From an uncultured Muribaculaceae bacterium (GTDB taxonomy: Bacteria > Bacteroidota > Bacteroidia > Bacteroidales > Muribaculaceae): a stretch of DNA of 64,000 bases. Within the stretch, counting starts at the first letter, position 1. Each line of letters starts with the position of its first letter. The stretch covers positions 5,071 to 69,070 of the forward strand of contig CAJUKE010000011.1 in assembly GCA_910587075.1 (NCBI GenBank), given 5' to 3'. Below, piece by piece: positions 21,632 to 31,874 of this stretch. The notes beneath the pieces are model-generated. The model worked only from the letters and a program-made list of their open reading frames with translations, ran no database searches and was not told the DNA's origin. The position numbers and the translations under genes were made by a program.

Positions 21632-23296
21632 TTAAAGAACAAGCGAGGCGTTGGGGTCGTCGGCTACCGGCGAGGGGATCGACGAGCCGTTGGTGTTGGT
21701 ACCGATCTGCGGGTTGCGCTGAACCTCGGCCTGGGGGATGTCGTAAAGGAGCACGGTGTTGGTGGGCTCGATGTTGAACACGATGGAAGAGGTGAAGCCG
21801 CCACCGATACGGTTAAGAGGCTTGCGGAGACGCATCATGTCGTAGTACGAGAAACCTTCGCCCCACAGCTCGATTCGACGCTGGAACCAGATTTCGTTCT
21901 GCAGATCCTGGAAAGAGGAAGCGGTGCAGTTGTAGTCGGGGTCACGGTAGGTCTTGATAAGGTTGGTAAGGGTCTGCGCACCGGTGGTAACGTTGGTGTA
22001 ACCTTCGCCCTCGGCCTTGATGAGGTAGAGCTCCTCGATTCGCATCAGGGGGTTGTCGATAGCGCCGGAGTTGGTAGAGGGATCGCCGTCGACAGCGCCG
22101 ATTTTAAGCTGCGCGTAAGGGGGGAAGGGAGCCATACCGTTAGCCTCGGCATTATTGATGTAAGAGGAGTACTGCGGAGGGAGGGAAGCGCGGATGGAGC
22201 CGTCGCCGCCAATCCACCAGCCCTTGCGGACATCCATAACGGGGATTTTGTCGTAGAGAGCCTTGTTGACGCAGCGGTAGAAACCGGCGGCGGCGTAGCC
22301 GTTGACGGTCCAGCCGGTTACGAACGAAGCGTAGTTAACAACGCCGCGGTACATCGAGGAAGAGACATCGGAATAGGTACCCCAGAGCCAAGCGTTGTCA
22401 GCGATGTTGTAGAACTGGGGCTCAACGAGAGCCTCGCGGGTGTAGGGAGTGGCACCCTGAGCCTCGGCCAGGCGGATAGCCTCGGTAGCGTCGGCGGCAG
22501 CGGCGGCATACTCTGTTTTGAACAGGTTGGCGCGGGCGCGGAGACCGTAGCATACAGCCTCGTTGACGAAGGTCTTGACGATGGCGGCCTCAGCCTGCGA
22601 CTGACGGTTGTAACCCTCGGCGTCAGCCTCGTGGAGGTACTGGATCGCCGTGGTCAGGTCGCCGATGATCTGGTTGTAGAGCTGCTCGGCGGTAGCGCGG
22701 GGGCAACCCTCGGCGGGAGCCGTGGTCATGTTCTTCTCGGTGAGGATGGGAACGGTGAGCGCGTTGGGGTTGGCGGCGTAGGTGAACTGGTACATCTGCG
22801 CGAGGTTGAAGTAGGCCCACGAGCGGAACGCGAGAGCCTGGCCGCAGAAGTACTTGGTCAGGGGTTCGGTGGGTTCAACGTTGAGGAGCACCGAGTTGGC
22901 CGAGTGGATCAGGTTGTAGAAGGTATACCAGAACTCAAGGTTGAGGTAGTAACGGCCGTTGAAGTCCTCCAGTTCGAGGGCTGGCTGGTACTGCTGGTAG
23001 TTACCGAGGTTCGAGGGCATGTCCATGCCTCGGGTGTCGGTAGAAATCATAATCGAGGGGTAGCCGAAGTCGATGTGCACGTTGCCCCAGCCGTTGCTGA
23101 GAGCTGCGGGAGCGACCATCGAGGGGAGAGTGGCCACACTGGCGGCGGCCATCGAGGGATCGTTCTTGATTACCTCGCTTTTCTGTTCCTCAGTGACGAT
23201 GTTGCTCTTGGGCTCCTGGTCCAGGTCGAGACACCCGGTGAAGGCGAAGCCTGAGAGCGCCAGCGCGCAGGACAGATATATATTCGTCTTTTTCAT
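21632..23296 (-). CDS. RagB/SusD family nutrient-uptake lipoprotein
   Basis: Lipobox FTGC, FRSWAYFNLAQMY, MRIEELYLIKAE, QRRIELWGEG. Confidence 0.93.
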   Translation of the reverse strand: MKKTNIYLSCALALSGFAFTGCLDLDQEPKSNIVTEEQKSEVIKNDPSMAAASVATLPSMVAPAALSNGWGNVHIDFGYPSIMISTDTRGMDMPSNLGNYQQYQPALELEDFNGRYYLNLEFWYTFYNLIHSANSVLLNVEPTEPLTKYFCGQALAFRSWAYFNLAQMYQFTYAANPNALTVPILTEKNMTTAPAEGCPRATAEQLYNQIIGDLTTAIQYLHEADAEGYNRQSQAEAAIVKTFVNEAVCYGLRARANLFKTEYAAAAADATEAIRLAEAQGATPYTREALVEPQFYNIADNAWLWGTYSDVSSSMYRGVVNYASFVTGWTVNGYAAAGFYRCVNKALYDKIPVMDVRKGWWIGGDGSIRASLPPQYSSYINNAEANGMAPFPPYAQLKIGAVDGDPSTNSGAIDNPLMRIEELYLIKAEGEGYTNVTTGAQTLTNLIKTYRDPDYNCTASSFQDLQNEIWFQRRIELWGEGFSYYDMMRLRKPLNRIGGGFTSSIVFNIEPTNTVLLYDIPQAEVQRNPQIGTNTNGSSIPSPVADDPNASLVL

Positions 23297-23329
23297 TGTT
23301 ACTTGTGGTATCTAATAGTTAAACCCGGA

Positions 23330-26300
23330 TTAGAACACTACTTTCAGACCGCCGGAGATGTTGCGGATGATCGAGTAGTCGCCGGTACCGGCGGAAACGA
23401 AGCTCATACGGGGGTCGAGACCCTTGCGAGCGCTCCAGAGAGCCACATTGTCGGCGGCGCCGTAAACGCGGATGCTCTCGATACCGATCTTCTTGGTCCA
23501 CTTCGAGGGGAAGGTGTAACCGAGGGTGATGTTGTTAAGCGACAGATAGTTCGACGACACCAGGAGGAAAGTGGTGGTCTGGGTGCCGAGGTTGTACTTC
23601 TCCATCGAGTTGAGGGCCGGGATGTCGGTGTTACGGTTGGAGGGGGTCCATGCGTTGAGCATATCCTTGTGCCAGTTCTGACCGATCACGTCGCTCTCAC
23701 CGCCGTAGATGTAACGGCCGTAAGCCTCGTCGTAGGTGCGGCCGCCGAGCTGGAAGCTGAAGGCAACCGAAAGGTCGACGCCGTAGGCCTGGATGCTGGT
23801 GCCGAAGCCGCCGTAGAAGGTGGGGAGCACGTTGCCGGTTTCCTTCATATTGGTGTCGGCAGCAAGGTCATAGTTCTCGGTCTTGTACTCCTTGCCATAG
23901 ATCGCGTTGCCGTCAGCGTCGGTGCCGACAGTCTCGCGGGCCCAGAAGAGGGCGGCGCCGTTGTCGGGGTTAACGCCTGCATAGTCAACCATGTAGAAGT
24001 TGTAGAGCGAGGAACCCTCCTTGAGGATACGCATGCCGGAAATCATCTGGCCGCCCAGGTCGGGGTGGAGCTTGATGATCTTGTTCTTGAGGTAGGTACC
24101 GTTGACATTGATGTCCCAGGTGATGTTCTTGGTGTTGATGGGGCGGTAGTTGAGCTCGAACTCAAGACCCGAGTTACGCATCGAACCAACGTTCATCGGC
24201 ACGGAGGTGTAACCGTTCGAGGGAGCCACGGGCTTCATATAGAGCATATCCTTGGTTTCGCGGAGGAAGTACTCGATGGTACCCGAGAGTTTGCCCTGCC
24301 AGAAGCTGAAGTCGATACCGGCGTTCCAGGCGTTGGAGGTCTCCCAGGTGAGGTCGGGGTTACCCTTCTGCACGAGCTGGCCGTCGGACCAGGTCTGCGA
24401 GCCGGAGATTCCGTAGATGTCGGTGTAGTAGTAGCCGTACGACATACCGGGAGCGAGGTTGTCGTTACCCTGCTGACCGAAGGAGAACTTCACCTTCAGG
24501 AGGTCGAGCCAGGTGGCGGCGGGCTGCATGAACGATTCCTTGGCGGCGTCCCAAGCGGCCGACACCGAGAAGAAGTCACCCCAGCGGTGGTCGGGATGGA
24601 AGTGAGAGGAAGCGTCGCGGCGGTAGGAGACGCTGGCGAAGTAGCGCGAGTCGTAGTCGTAGTTCAGACGGCCGAAGAAACCGCGGGTCGAGTAGCCTAC
24701 AGCGGCGCCGGAACCGGTGCGGTTCTCGTCGTTGAGGGTGTTGCTGACAGCCCAGTTGTTGGGGTCGTAGAGGTGGTAACCCATAGCGGTAACCGATTCG
24801 GAGTTCTGCTCATAGGTTTCATAGCCGACCATGATGTCGCCGTGGTGAACGTCGTTGAAGGTGCGGCGGTAGGTGCCGAGGAACTGGAGGTTGAGGCCGC
24901 TCAGACGGCGGAACTGCTGCTGGGCGAGACCACCGTTGGACTTAACCGAACCGTAGAGGGGCGACATGATCACATGTTCGCGGGTATTGTCGAGGAAGTA
25001 GCCGACGTTGCCGGTGATGTTGAGGTTCTCGATAGGAGTGATGGTGGCGCCCCACTTGGCGTCGAGCACGTCCATGAGAGTCTCATTAGTGTCGTAAACG
25101 AAGCCCGAGGCGGGGTTCGAGCCCGACATGAAGTTACGGTTGGCACCGGGGAAGTAGGTGTTGTTGTCACCGTAGTCGTAGATGGGGTGGCCGGTGGCGC
25201 GGTCGGTGAGGATCTTGCCGTTGCCGTCGCGGATGAACATCGGGTAAACGGGACCCATGTTGTCAACGATGAAGAAGGCGTTCGACACGTTCTGTGTGCC
25301 GGAGTCCTGGCCGGTGGGGGCCTTCATATCGACGTGGTTGAACGAGAGCGAGGCGTTGAGCTTGAGCCACTTCTTGGCCTGGTACTCGGCGGTAACGCGC
25401 GAGGAGAGGCGGTTGTAGTTCGAGTTCTCGATGATACCTTCGTCGCCGAGGTAACCAACGGAAGCGTAGTAGCGGAAGCGCTCCGTGCCGCCGCGAACCG
25501 AGAGGTTGTACTCCTGGCGGAGGCCGTGGATGAAGGTGTTGTCATACCAGCTGTCGGGGCGCACGAGGTTCTGCGAGATAATCTCGCCGGTCTCGGAGTT
25601 GCGGGTGGTGATGACGTTGCCGAGGGTGGCGTTGGGGTTGAGCTTGCCGTTGGTGCCGACAATCTGCTGGCCGGCGGGTACGTTCCAAATCTGGTAGCCC
25701 GAACCGAAAGCGGTGTAGAGCGCGTTGTTGGCGGCGATGTGGGCGGCGTTGCTGTCGAGACCCTGGCCCCAGGCGTAGCCGTTGCGGAGGGCGGTGTACG
25801 CCATCTCGGTGTAGAGCTCGGGCGACTTGATAACGTCGTAGCCCTTCACCTGGCGGGAGTTGGAACCCCAGCGGGCGTCGAAGGTGATCACGGCGTCACC
25901 CTCGCCACCCTTCTTGGTGGTGATAAGGATCACACCGTTGGCACCGCGGGCACCGTAAAGGGCGGCGGCGGCGGCGTCCTTCAGGACGGTCATCGACTCG
26001 ATGTCCATGGTGTTAAGCGAAGCGATGTCGCCGTCAAAGGGCATGCCGTCGACCACATAGAGAGGGGTCGAAGAGCCGTTGATCGAACCGATACCACGGA
26101 TGCGCACCGAGGGGGAGGTACCGGGCTGGCCGTTGGTGGTGAGCACCTGCACGCCGGAAACAGTACCGGCGAGAGCCGACACGGCGTCGGTCACGAGGCG
26201 CCCTTCGATCTGGTCGGCCTTCACTACGGACGCCGAACCGGTATATGCTGACTTTTTGGCGGTACCATATGCGACAACCATCACCTCGTCGAGGTTGGTG

Positions 26301-26590
26301 GCGCTTTCAGTAAGGGCGACCTTGACACCGTTCTCAGCCTTCACGGTCTGCGGCGCCATGCCGACATAGGTAACCTGGAGCTGGGTGACCTTTGCGGGGA
26401 TGGTCAGCGAGAACTGACCGTCGATGTCGGTGGCAGTACCTTGACCGCCCCCCACAGGGTGCACTGTAGCTCCCACGATAGGCTCGTCATCAGCGGCGGA
26501 CACGACGGTGCCGGTGATGGTGCGTGTCTGGGCGGTCATCGTAACCGCTGCCAGCAGCAGAGCCGTCAGTAATAGAAACAGCTTTTTCAT
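23330..26590 (-). CDS. SusC/RagA family TonB-dependent outer-membrane transporter
   Basis: N-terminal extension, PLYVVDG, VLKDAAAAALYGARGANGVILITTK plug motif, LTWET, terminal F. Confidence 0.96.
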   Translation of the reverse strand: MKKLFLLLTALLLAAVTMTAQTRTITGTVVSAADDEPIVGATVHPVGGGQGTATDIDGQFSLTIPAKVTQLQVTYVGMAPQTVKAENGVKVALTESATNLDEVMVVAYGTAKKSAYTGSASVVKADQIEGRLVTDAVSALAGTVSGVQVLTTNGQPGTSPSVRIRGIGSINGSSTPLYVVDGMPFDGDIASLNTMDIESMTVLKDAAAAALYGARGANGVILITTKKGGEGDAVITFDARWGSNSRQVKGYDVIKSPELYTEMAYTALRNGYAWGQGLDSNAAHIAANNALYTAFGSGYQIWNVPAGQQIVGTNGKLNPNATLGNVITTRNSETGEIISQNLVRPDSWYDNTFIHGLRQEYNLSVRGGTERFRYYASVGYLGDEGIIENSNYNRLSSRVTAEYQAKKWLKLNASLSFNHVDMKAPTGQDSGTQNVSNAFFIVDNMGPVYPMFIRDGNGKILTDRATGHPIYDYGDNNTYFPGANRNFMSGSNPASGFVYDTNETLMDVLDAKWGATITPIENLNITGNVGYFLDNTREHVIMSPLYGSVKSNGGLAQQQFRRLSGLNLQFLGTYRRTFNDVHHGDIMVGYETYEQNSESVTAMGYHLYDPNNWAVSNTLNDENRTGSGAAVGYSTRGFFGRLNYDYDSRYFASVSYRRDASSHFHPDHRWGDFFSVSAAWDAAKESFMQPAATWLDLLKVKFSFGQQGNDNLAPGMSYGYYYTDIYGISGSQTWSDGQLVQKGNPDLTWETSNAWNAGIDFSFWQGKLSGTIEYFLRETKDMLYMKPVAPSNGYTSVPMNVGSMRNSGLEFELNYRPINTKNITWDINVNGTYLKNKIIKLHPDLGGQMISGMRILKEGSSLYNFYMVDYAGVNPDNGAALFWARETVGTDADGNAIYGKEYKTENYDLAADTNMKETGNVLPTFYGGFGTSIQAYGVDLSVAFSFQLGGRTYDEAYGRYIYGGESDVIGQNWHKDMLNAWTPSNRNTDIPALNSMEKYNLGTQTTTFLLVSSNYLSLNNITLGYTFPSKWTKKIGIESIRVYGAADNVALWSARKGLDPRMSFVSAGTGDYSIIRNISGGLKVVF

Positions 26591-26833
26591 ACACTTTTAT
26601 TTGTTAAACTTATAAATTCTGATGTCCTGAAGCGCCGGGGGCGCGATAGAAATGGTTTGAGCGAAATCGGTTGAAAGCCGTCCGCGGAGCGGGGCGGGCT
26701 GGTTAAAAAATCAAACTTTAAGTTGCCTGAAATTAAAATCTCATCATCTGATGCGCGAGCAACCGCTTACACAACCGCCGAAAGACCTCCGTCAATCGAG
26801 CGGATTGTCACGTCTAATTGCTACCGCATTGTG

Positions 26834-26841
26834 CAAAGTTA
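26834..26841 (-). promoter_or_regulatory. -7 promoter element for the susC operon
   Basis: TAACTTTG on the minus strand in an AT-rich stretch. Confidence 0.55.
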
Positions 26842-27254
26842 AAACAAAAAGTCAAAAAAATAAACACTTTAAAAGAAATTTTGCTCGACTTTAAGCTAAA
26901 AAATCTTCATGCCGTAAAACATATTTTAAAAGCATATCGGGCGGCGGTGCTGTGGTTCAACGTTTTACGAGCTTGATACGATGAATAATTATCCAAAACG
27001 CATAATCGAGACCGAGAGTATGCGTTAATAAAAGTTAAATACCGATTTCAGGGAGGGTCTGGAAGCGGGAAACAGGCATAGCGGGAGATGTGGGTTCGGG
27101 CCGAAGAAGGAAAAGCGGGACACGGGAAGCCGCGGCCCTCCTCAATAGAAAAAAGCTACCAGAACAACCTGATCAGTTCGCGCCTCTATATTAAATAAAG
27201 TGAAAAAGACGGGAGATTAACGGGCAAAATGACCGTCATTAACCAACTTTTTAT

Positions 27255-27262
27255 TACCTTTG
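27255..27262 (+). promoter_or_regulatory. -7 promoter element for the S8 peptidase
   Basis: TACCTTTG about 100 bp upstream of the ATG. Confidence 0.55.
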
Positions 27263-27361
27263 CAATTAGTACGCCCCATTTCGCGAGCCTTTTGACACCG
27301 GTCGCGAACCCCGGGGGCACTTTCCAACGCTATCAACAAACCATTCCTAATAGAAATCAGA

Positions 27362-29605
27362 ATGAAGAACCTCCTTATCTGCGGACTTTTAGCAGCCGGC
27401 TGCTGCCTCTCCGCCGGAGCCCAGAGCAAAATCAACGGCCCGGGGCGCCTTATGCTTGAAGAGTTCAAGGAGCGCGCCGCCCTCTCCCGCGGCCTCGAAG
27501 CTCCCCGGACAATGGTTATCGTGACGCTCGAAAAGGGTGTTACCGCATCCGACATCGCCGCCCTCGGCTACGAGGTGGTTTCGGACTTCGGCGACATGAT
27601 CATCGCCGCCCTCCCCCTCGACAAGGTGGAGGAGTTCGCCGCCCTCGACGAGGTTTACTCCGTAAGCTTCGGCACCAAGTCGTTCCCGATGCTCAACGTG
27701 GCCCGCGCGCAGACCGGCGTCGACGCCATCCAGACCGGAACCGGCGAAGGGCTCAACGGTGTATCGTACACCGGCAAGGGGGTTGTTTGCGGCCTGTATG
27801 ACACAGGTCTCGACCCCAACCATATAGCATTCAAGAACGCCGACGGCACATCCCGCGTGAAAGGCGTGTATGTGCTCCGCGGATACTCCAACGTGCAGAC
27901 CACCGCTTACACCACTCCCCAGCAGATCGCGTCGTTCACCACCGAGGACGAGAACGAGACCCACGGTACACACGTTCTCGGCATAATGGCCGGGTCGCAG
28001 GGCGTCAACGGCAACTTCGGCGTGGCTGAGAACGGCCGCGTGACCGCCGTCACCGACCAGCCCATCCCCTACTACGGCTCGGCGATAGACGCCGATCTCC
28101 TGGTTGGCTGCGGCGATTTCTACGATGCCTCGATTCTCGCCGGTGTCGAAAAGATTGTCAACGAGGCCGTGGCACTCGGCAAACCCGCCGTGGTAAACCT
28201 CTCGCTGGGCAACAACCGCGGCTCTCACGACGACAACGACCCCGCCTCCAAGATTCTCGACCGCCTGGGCGAAAAAGCGATCATCTGCATCGCCGCCGGC
28301 AACGAGGGTCTCAACAATATGTCACTCTCTGAGCCTATGGGCAGCTTCGGCAAGAAGACAGTAAATACCTTCTTCACCCCCGTGAGCAACGCATCCAGCC
28401 AGCTCAGCTACGACGCACAATTCTGGAGCAAAAACACCGACCCCTTCGAATTCAAGATCGTGCTCTACAGCGCGCTCGACGGCAAGGTGGTAAAGGAATA
28501 CACCATTCCCGAATCCGGGGGCAGCATCTCCCTGAGCTCTTCCGACCCGGACTTCGCAGCCAACTATACCGGCACGCTCCGCGCTACCGGCGCGGTTGAC
28601 CGCGACGCCAACCGCTATTGCGTGACCGTGACCGGCAACTATCAGATGGTGCCCACCGGCGGCGGCGGCAAGGGTTGGACCATCGGCGCCAACATCACCG
28701 CCGGAAGCGCCATGGTGGCCGCCCGCGGCAAAATCGACGCCTACATAAACACCACCCGCAACTACCCGACGATGACTTTCACCTCCAACAATGTCGCTGG
28801 CTACGTCAACGGCAATCCCAATGGCTCGATCAACGGTATGGGTTGCGGCAAGAACATCCTCTCGGTAGGTGCCTACGTTTCGCGCACATCCTGGCCGATG
28901 GCCAACGGCACCCTCGCGTCCTGGACGACCTCCGGCTCGGTTGGCGAAGTGGCAAACTTCTCGTCGTACGGCACCACCAACGACAACCGCTCCCTCCCCC
29001 ACTGCGTCGCTCCCGGCTCGCAGATCATCGCCCCCATCAGCTCCTATTATTATAAGAGTATGAAGATGACTCCCACCCAGCTCCCCGCCTACGCCAACCA
29101 GGGCAACAATCTCAACCCCTACCTCAATATGGAGGGAACTTCGATGGCGACCCCGTTCGCGGCCGGCGTGGTAGCGCTTTGGCTTGAGGCTTGGCCCGAA
29201 ATGACCATCCAGGAGGTGCAGTCGATCATCGCGATGACCAGCACCGTCGACAACGCCCTGGCCTCCTCCCCCAACAAGGTGCGTTATGGATCCGGCAAGC
29301 TCAACGCCCTCGAAGGCATGAAGAAGGCTATCGCCCACTCCGCCTCGATCAACACCGTGCTCAACGACAAGGCCGACAAGAACCTCATCTACGAGCTTCT
29401 ACCCGGCAAGCAGCTTGAGGTGACCATCCCCGGCATCAACGGCTTCGACGCGGCCCTCTACAACCTGAGCGGGGCGAAGGTGGCCTCCGCCGAAACCTCC
29501 GGCGAGGCCCTGACCCTCGACGGCTCGGCCCTCTCGGAAGGTGTGTATGTGCTCTCGGCCAACACACCCGCAGGACCCGTCAGCAAGAAAATCGTGCTGA
29601 AATAA
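27362..29605 (+). CDS. S8 (subtilisin-like) serine peptidase with T9SS C-terminal domain
   Basis: Signal peptide; triad YDTG, HGTHV, GTSMATP; oxyanion AAGNEG; CTD LYNLSG..GVYVL..KKIVLK. Confidence 0.92.
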   Translation: MKNLLICGLLAAGCCLSAGAQSKINGPGRLMLEEFKERAALSRGLEAPRTMVIVTLEKGVTASDIAALGYEVVSDFGDMIIAALPLDKVEEFAALDEVYSVSFGTKSFPMLNVARAQTGVDAIQTGTGEGLNGVSYTGKGVVCGLYDTGLDPNHIAFKNADGTSRVKGVYVLRGYSNVQTTAYTTPQQIASFTTEDENETHGTHVLGIMAGSQGVNGNFGVAENGRVTAVTDQPIPYYGSAIDADLLVGCGDFYDASILAGVEKIVNEAVALGKPAVVNLSLGNNRGSHDDNDPASKILDRLGEKAIICIAAGNEGLNNMSLSEPMGSFGKKTVNTFFTPVSNASSQLSYDAQFWSKNTDPFEFKIVLYSALDGKVVKEYTIPESGGSISLSSSDPDFAANYTGTLRATGAVDRDANRYCVTVTGNYQMVPTGGGGKGWTIGANITAGSAMVAARGKIDAYINTTRNYPTMTFTSNNVAGYVNGNPNGSINGMGCGKNILSVGAYVSRTSWPMANGTLASWTTSGSVGEVANFSSYGTTNDNRSLPHCVAPGSQIIAPISSYYYKSMKMTPTQLPAYANQGNNLNPYLNMEGTSMATPFAAGVVALWLEAWPEMTIQEVQSIIAMTSTVDNALASSPNKVRYGSGKLNALEGMKKAIAHSASINTVLNDKADKNLIYELLPGKQLEVTIPGINGFDAALYNLSGAKVASAETSGEALTLDGSALSEGVYVLSANTPAGPVSKKIVLK

Positions 29606-29630
29606 GCAACCTGCTGGAAATATACCCCAT

Positions 29631-29670
29631 AAAAGCGGGGCGCTCCTTAAACCATGGAGCGCCCCGCTTT
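29631..29670. terminator. Intrinsic terminator hairpin
   Basis: AAAGCGGGGCGCTCC / GGAGCGCCCCGCTTT. Confidence 0.75.
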
Positions 29671-29737
29671 GTCATATATATGTACCGCTCGTGATATGCG
29701 GGATAATATTTGACAGTCACCTTAACGACATAAGACA

Positions 29738-30442
29738 ATGGACAGAAAACTGAACGTTTCAACCGTGATCGGCGCCCTTCTGATAGGCGCCGGAATCTTC
29801 TTTTTAGGGCTCTTCATCAAGGGGGGTATCGACAATATGGCTTTTCGCGACAGGGAGGTGACCGTGCGCGGCCTGGCCGAGCGCGAGGTGCCCGCCAACC
29901 GCGTCACCTGGCCCATAACCTACAGCGTGGCCGGCAACGAGCTGACCAACGTGTACGACCAGGTGACGGCCAACAACAACGCCATCGTGAAGTTCCTCAC
30001 CTCCAACGGTATCGACAAGTCGGAGATAACAATAGCCCCCCCCGACACTTACAACGCTACCACCAACCAGTACGCCTCGCAGAACATCAACTTCAAGTAC
30101 TCGCTTAGCAACACCATAACGGTGACCTCGTCGAAGGTCGACAAGGTGCGCGCGCTGATCGACCGCTCGACCGAGCTCCTCAAAGCCGGAATACCCGTTT
30201 CCAACGGCTACATCGACTATGAGTACACCGCCCTCAACGACATCAAGCCCGAAATGATCGCCGAGGCCACGAAGAACGCACGCGAGGCCGCCGACCGCTT
30301 CGCTGAGGACAGCGGCTCGAAAGTAGGCAAGATGAAGACCGCCAACCAGGGTCAGTTCTCAATCGAGAGCCAGTCGTCGTCGGTACCCTTCATCAAGAAA
30401 GTGAGGGTGGTTTCGACTATCGTTTACTACTTGGAGGACTGA
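29738..30442 (+). CDS. SIMPL (DUF541) domain protein
   Basis: N-terminal TM, VTVRGLAEREV, KPEMIAEATKNAR, ANQGQFSI, KKVRVVST. Confidence 0.88.
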   Translation: MDRKLNVSTVIGALLIGAGIFFLGLFIKGGIDNMAFRDREVTVRGLAEREVPANRVTWPITYSVAGNELTNVYDQVTANNNAIVKFLTSNGIDKSEITIAPPDTYNATTNQYASQNINFKYSLSNTITVTSSKVDKVRALIDRSTELLKAGIPVSNGYIDYEYTALNDIKPEMIAEATKNAREAADRFAEDSGSKVGKMKTANQGQFSIESQSSSVPFIKKVRVVSTIVYYLED

Positions 30443-30545
30443 CAGGTAGCCGCCTGAGCGGCCCGACAGCCATACGAATAAAACATCAGTGCGTTCCATA
30501 GCGGCAAGTCGCTATGGAACGCACTTTATTTCAGGAGGGTAGGAA

Positions 30546-31775
30546 TCAGAGGAGGAGGGAGGCGTCGCCGTAGCTGAGGAAGCGGAAGTCGCGGGAGAGG
30601 GCGAAGTCGTACATCGGGCGCCAATCGCCCCCCGTGAAGGCCGACACCAAGAGCAGCAGCGTCGACTGCGGCTGGTGGAAGTTGGTGACCATACCTTTGA
30701 CCACCCGGAAGCGGTAGCCGGGGGCGATGATGATGCGTGTCGATGCCAGGAAGGTATCCACTCCCTGCTTTTCAAGCATTTCCGCCAGGGCAGAGAGCGC
30801 CTCGGAGGTGGAAAGGTCGGGGAGCGAGGGGTCGTAGGGGGTCCACTGGGGCACCTCGCCGTCCCAACACCCGGCCGCGGCGAGCCGTCCCGCGTGGTAG
30901 AGGCTTTCGAGGGTGCGCACCGAGGTGGTGCCGACGGCTATCACGCGGCGCTCCCCGGCGGCCAGTTCACGGATGAGCCCCAAAGGCACGGCTATGAACT
31001 CGCTGTGCATCAGGTGCTCGCCGATTTTCTCCGACTTGACAGGCTGGAACGTACCCGCCCCGACGTGGAGGGTGAGCTCGCGGCGGGGTATGCCGCGGGA
31101 AGCGATAGCTTCGAGCACCTCGGGGGTGAAGTGCAGCCCGGCGGTCGGAGCGGCCACGGAGCCGTCGATATGGGAGTAGACCGTCTGATAGTCAGACGCG
31201 TCGGAAGCCTCGGTTGAGCGGTTCAGGTAAGGGGGGATAGGAATCTCGCCCGCCGCGGCGATGATGGATGAGAAAGTTACCTCGGGAGCGTCCCAGGAGA
31301 AGCGCACAACCGACGCGTTCCCCTCGCGGGCCTCGCGCTCGGCCCGGAGCACCAGCTCCGTACCCTCCACCGTCAGCGGCAGCTCCAGCGCGCCCCGCTT
31401 CCATTTCTTCGAGTTTCCAACGAAGCAGGTCCAGGAGCACGAAGCGGTAGAGGCGAAGTTGCGGGCATAGTCGGCGGGTTCGACCGGTTCGAGCACGAAA
31501 ATCTCGATCGGCGAGCCGTTCTCCCCCGCCTTGCGGAAGCGGAGGCGGGCGTTGATCACCCGGGTGTTGTTATATACGAGCACCGAATCCTCCGGGAGCA
31601 GCGCGGGAAGCTCGGCGAAGACGCGCTCCTCGATCGAGCCGTCGGGGCGGCGCACCAGGAGCTTGCAGCGGTCGCGGTCGGCCAGGGGGTGCTTCGCGAT
31701 CCGCTCGTCGGGGAGCGGATAGTTGAAATCCTCTATCTTTATGTCGGTTACGCCTTTCAGGAGGTCTTCGCTCAT
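30546..31775 (-). CDS. queA: S-adenosylmethionine:tRNA ribosyltransferase-isomerase
   Basis: YNNTRVINARL, PIPPYL, AAPTAGLHF, TLHVGAGTF, VGTTSVRTLES, TNFHQPQSTL, FLSYGD. Confidence 0.95.
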   Translation of the reverse strand: MSEDLLKGVTDIKIEDFNYPLPDERIAKHPLADRDRCKLLVRRPDGSIEERVFAELPALLPEDSVLVYNNTRVINARLRFRKAGENGSPIEIFVLEPVEPADYARNFASTASCSWTCFVGNSKKWKRGALELPLTVEGTELVLRAEREAREGNASVVRFSWDAPEVTFSSIIAAAGEIPIPPYLNRSTEASDASDYQTVYSHIDGSVAAPTAGLHFTPEVLEAIASRGIPRRELTLHVGAGTFQPVKSEKIGEHLMHSEFIAVPLGLIRELAAGERRVIAVGTTSVRTLESLYHAGRLAAAGCWDGEVPQWTPYDPSLPDLSTSEALSALAEMLEKQGVDTFLASTRIIIAPGYRFRVVKGMVTNFHQPQSTLLLLVSAFTGGDWRPMYDFALSRDFRFLSYGDASLLL

Positions 31776-31874
31776 ATATATTGGTTCCTTTTAGTCTATA
31801 TTATATATGTATATGGCGCGAAATTACTCATAAATTGTTAAATTTGCATCCAAACAGACAGAATATAACCTAAA

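Noticed and set aside
23303..26251. 982-aa ORF antisense to susC, and other long shadow ORFs such as 16125-17600, 35132-36661 and 45410-46702
   Set aside because: These mirror strongly codon-biased real genes, are V/G/E-rich and show no recognisable motifs.
26840..27250. Invertible promoter in the susC/S8 intergenic region
   Set aside because: I found no convincing flanking inverted repeats by eye and no adjacent recombinase.
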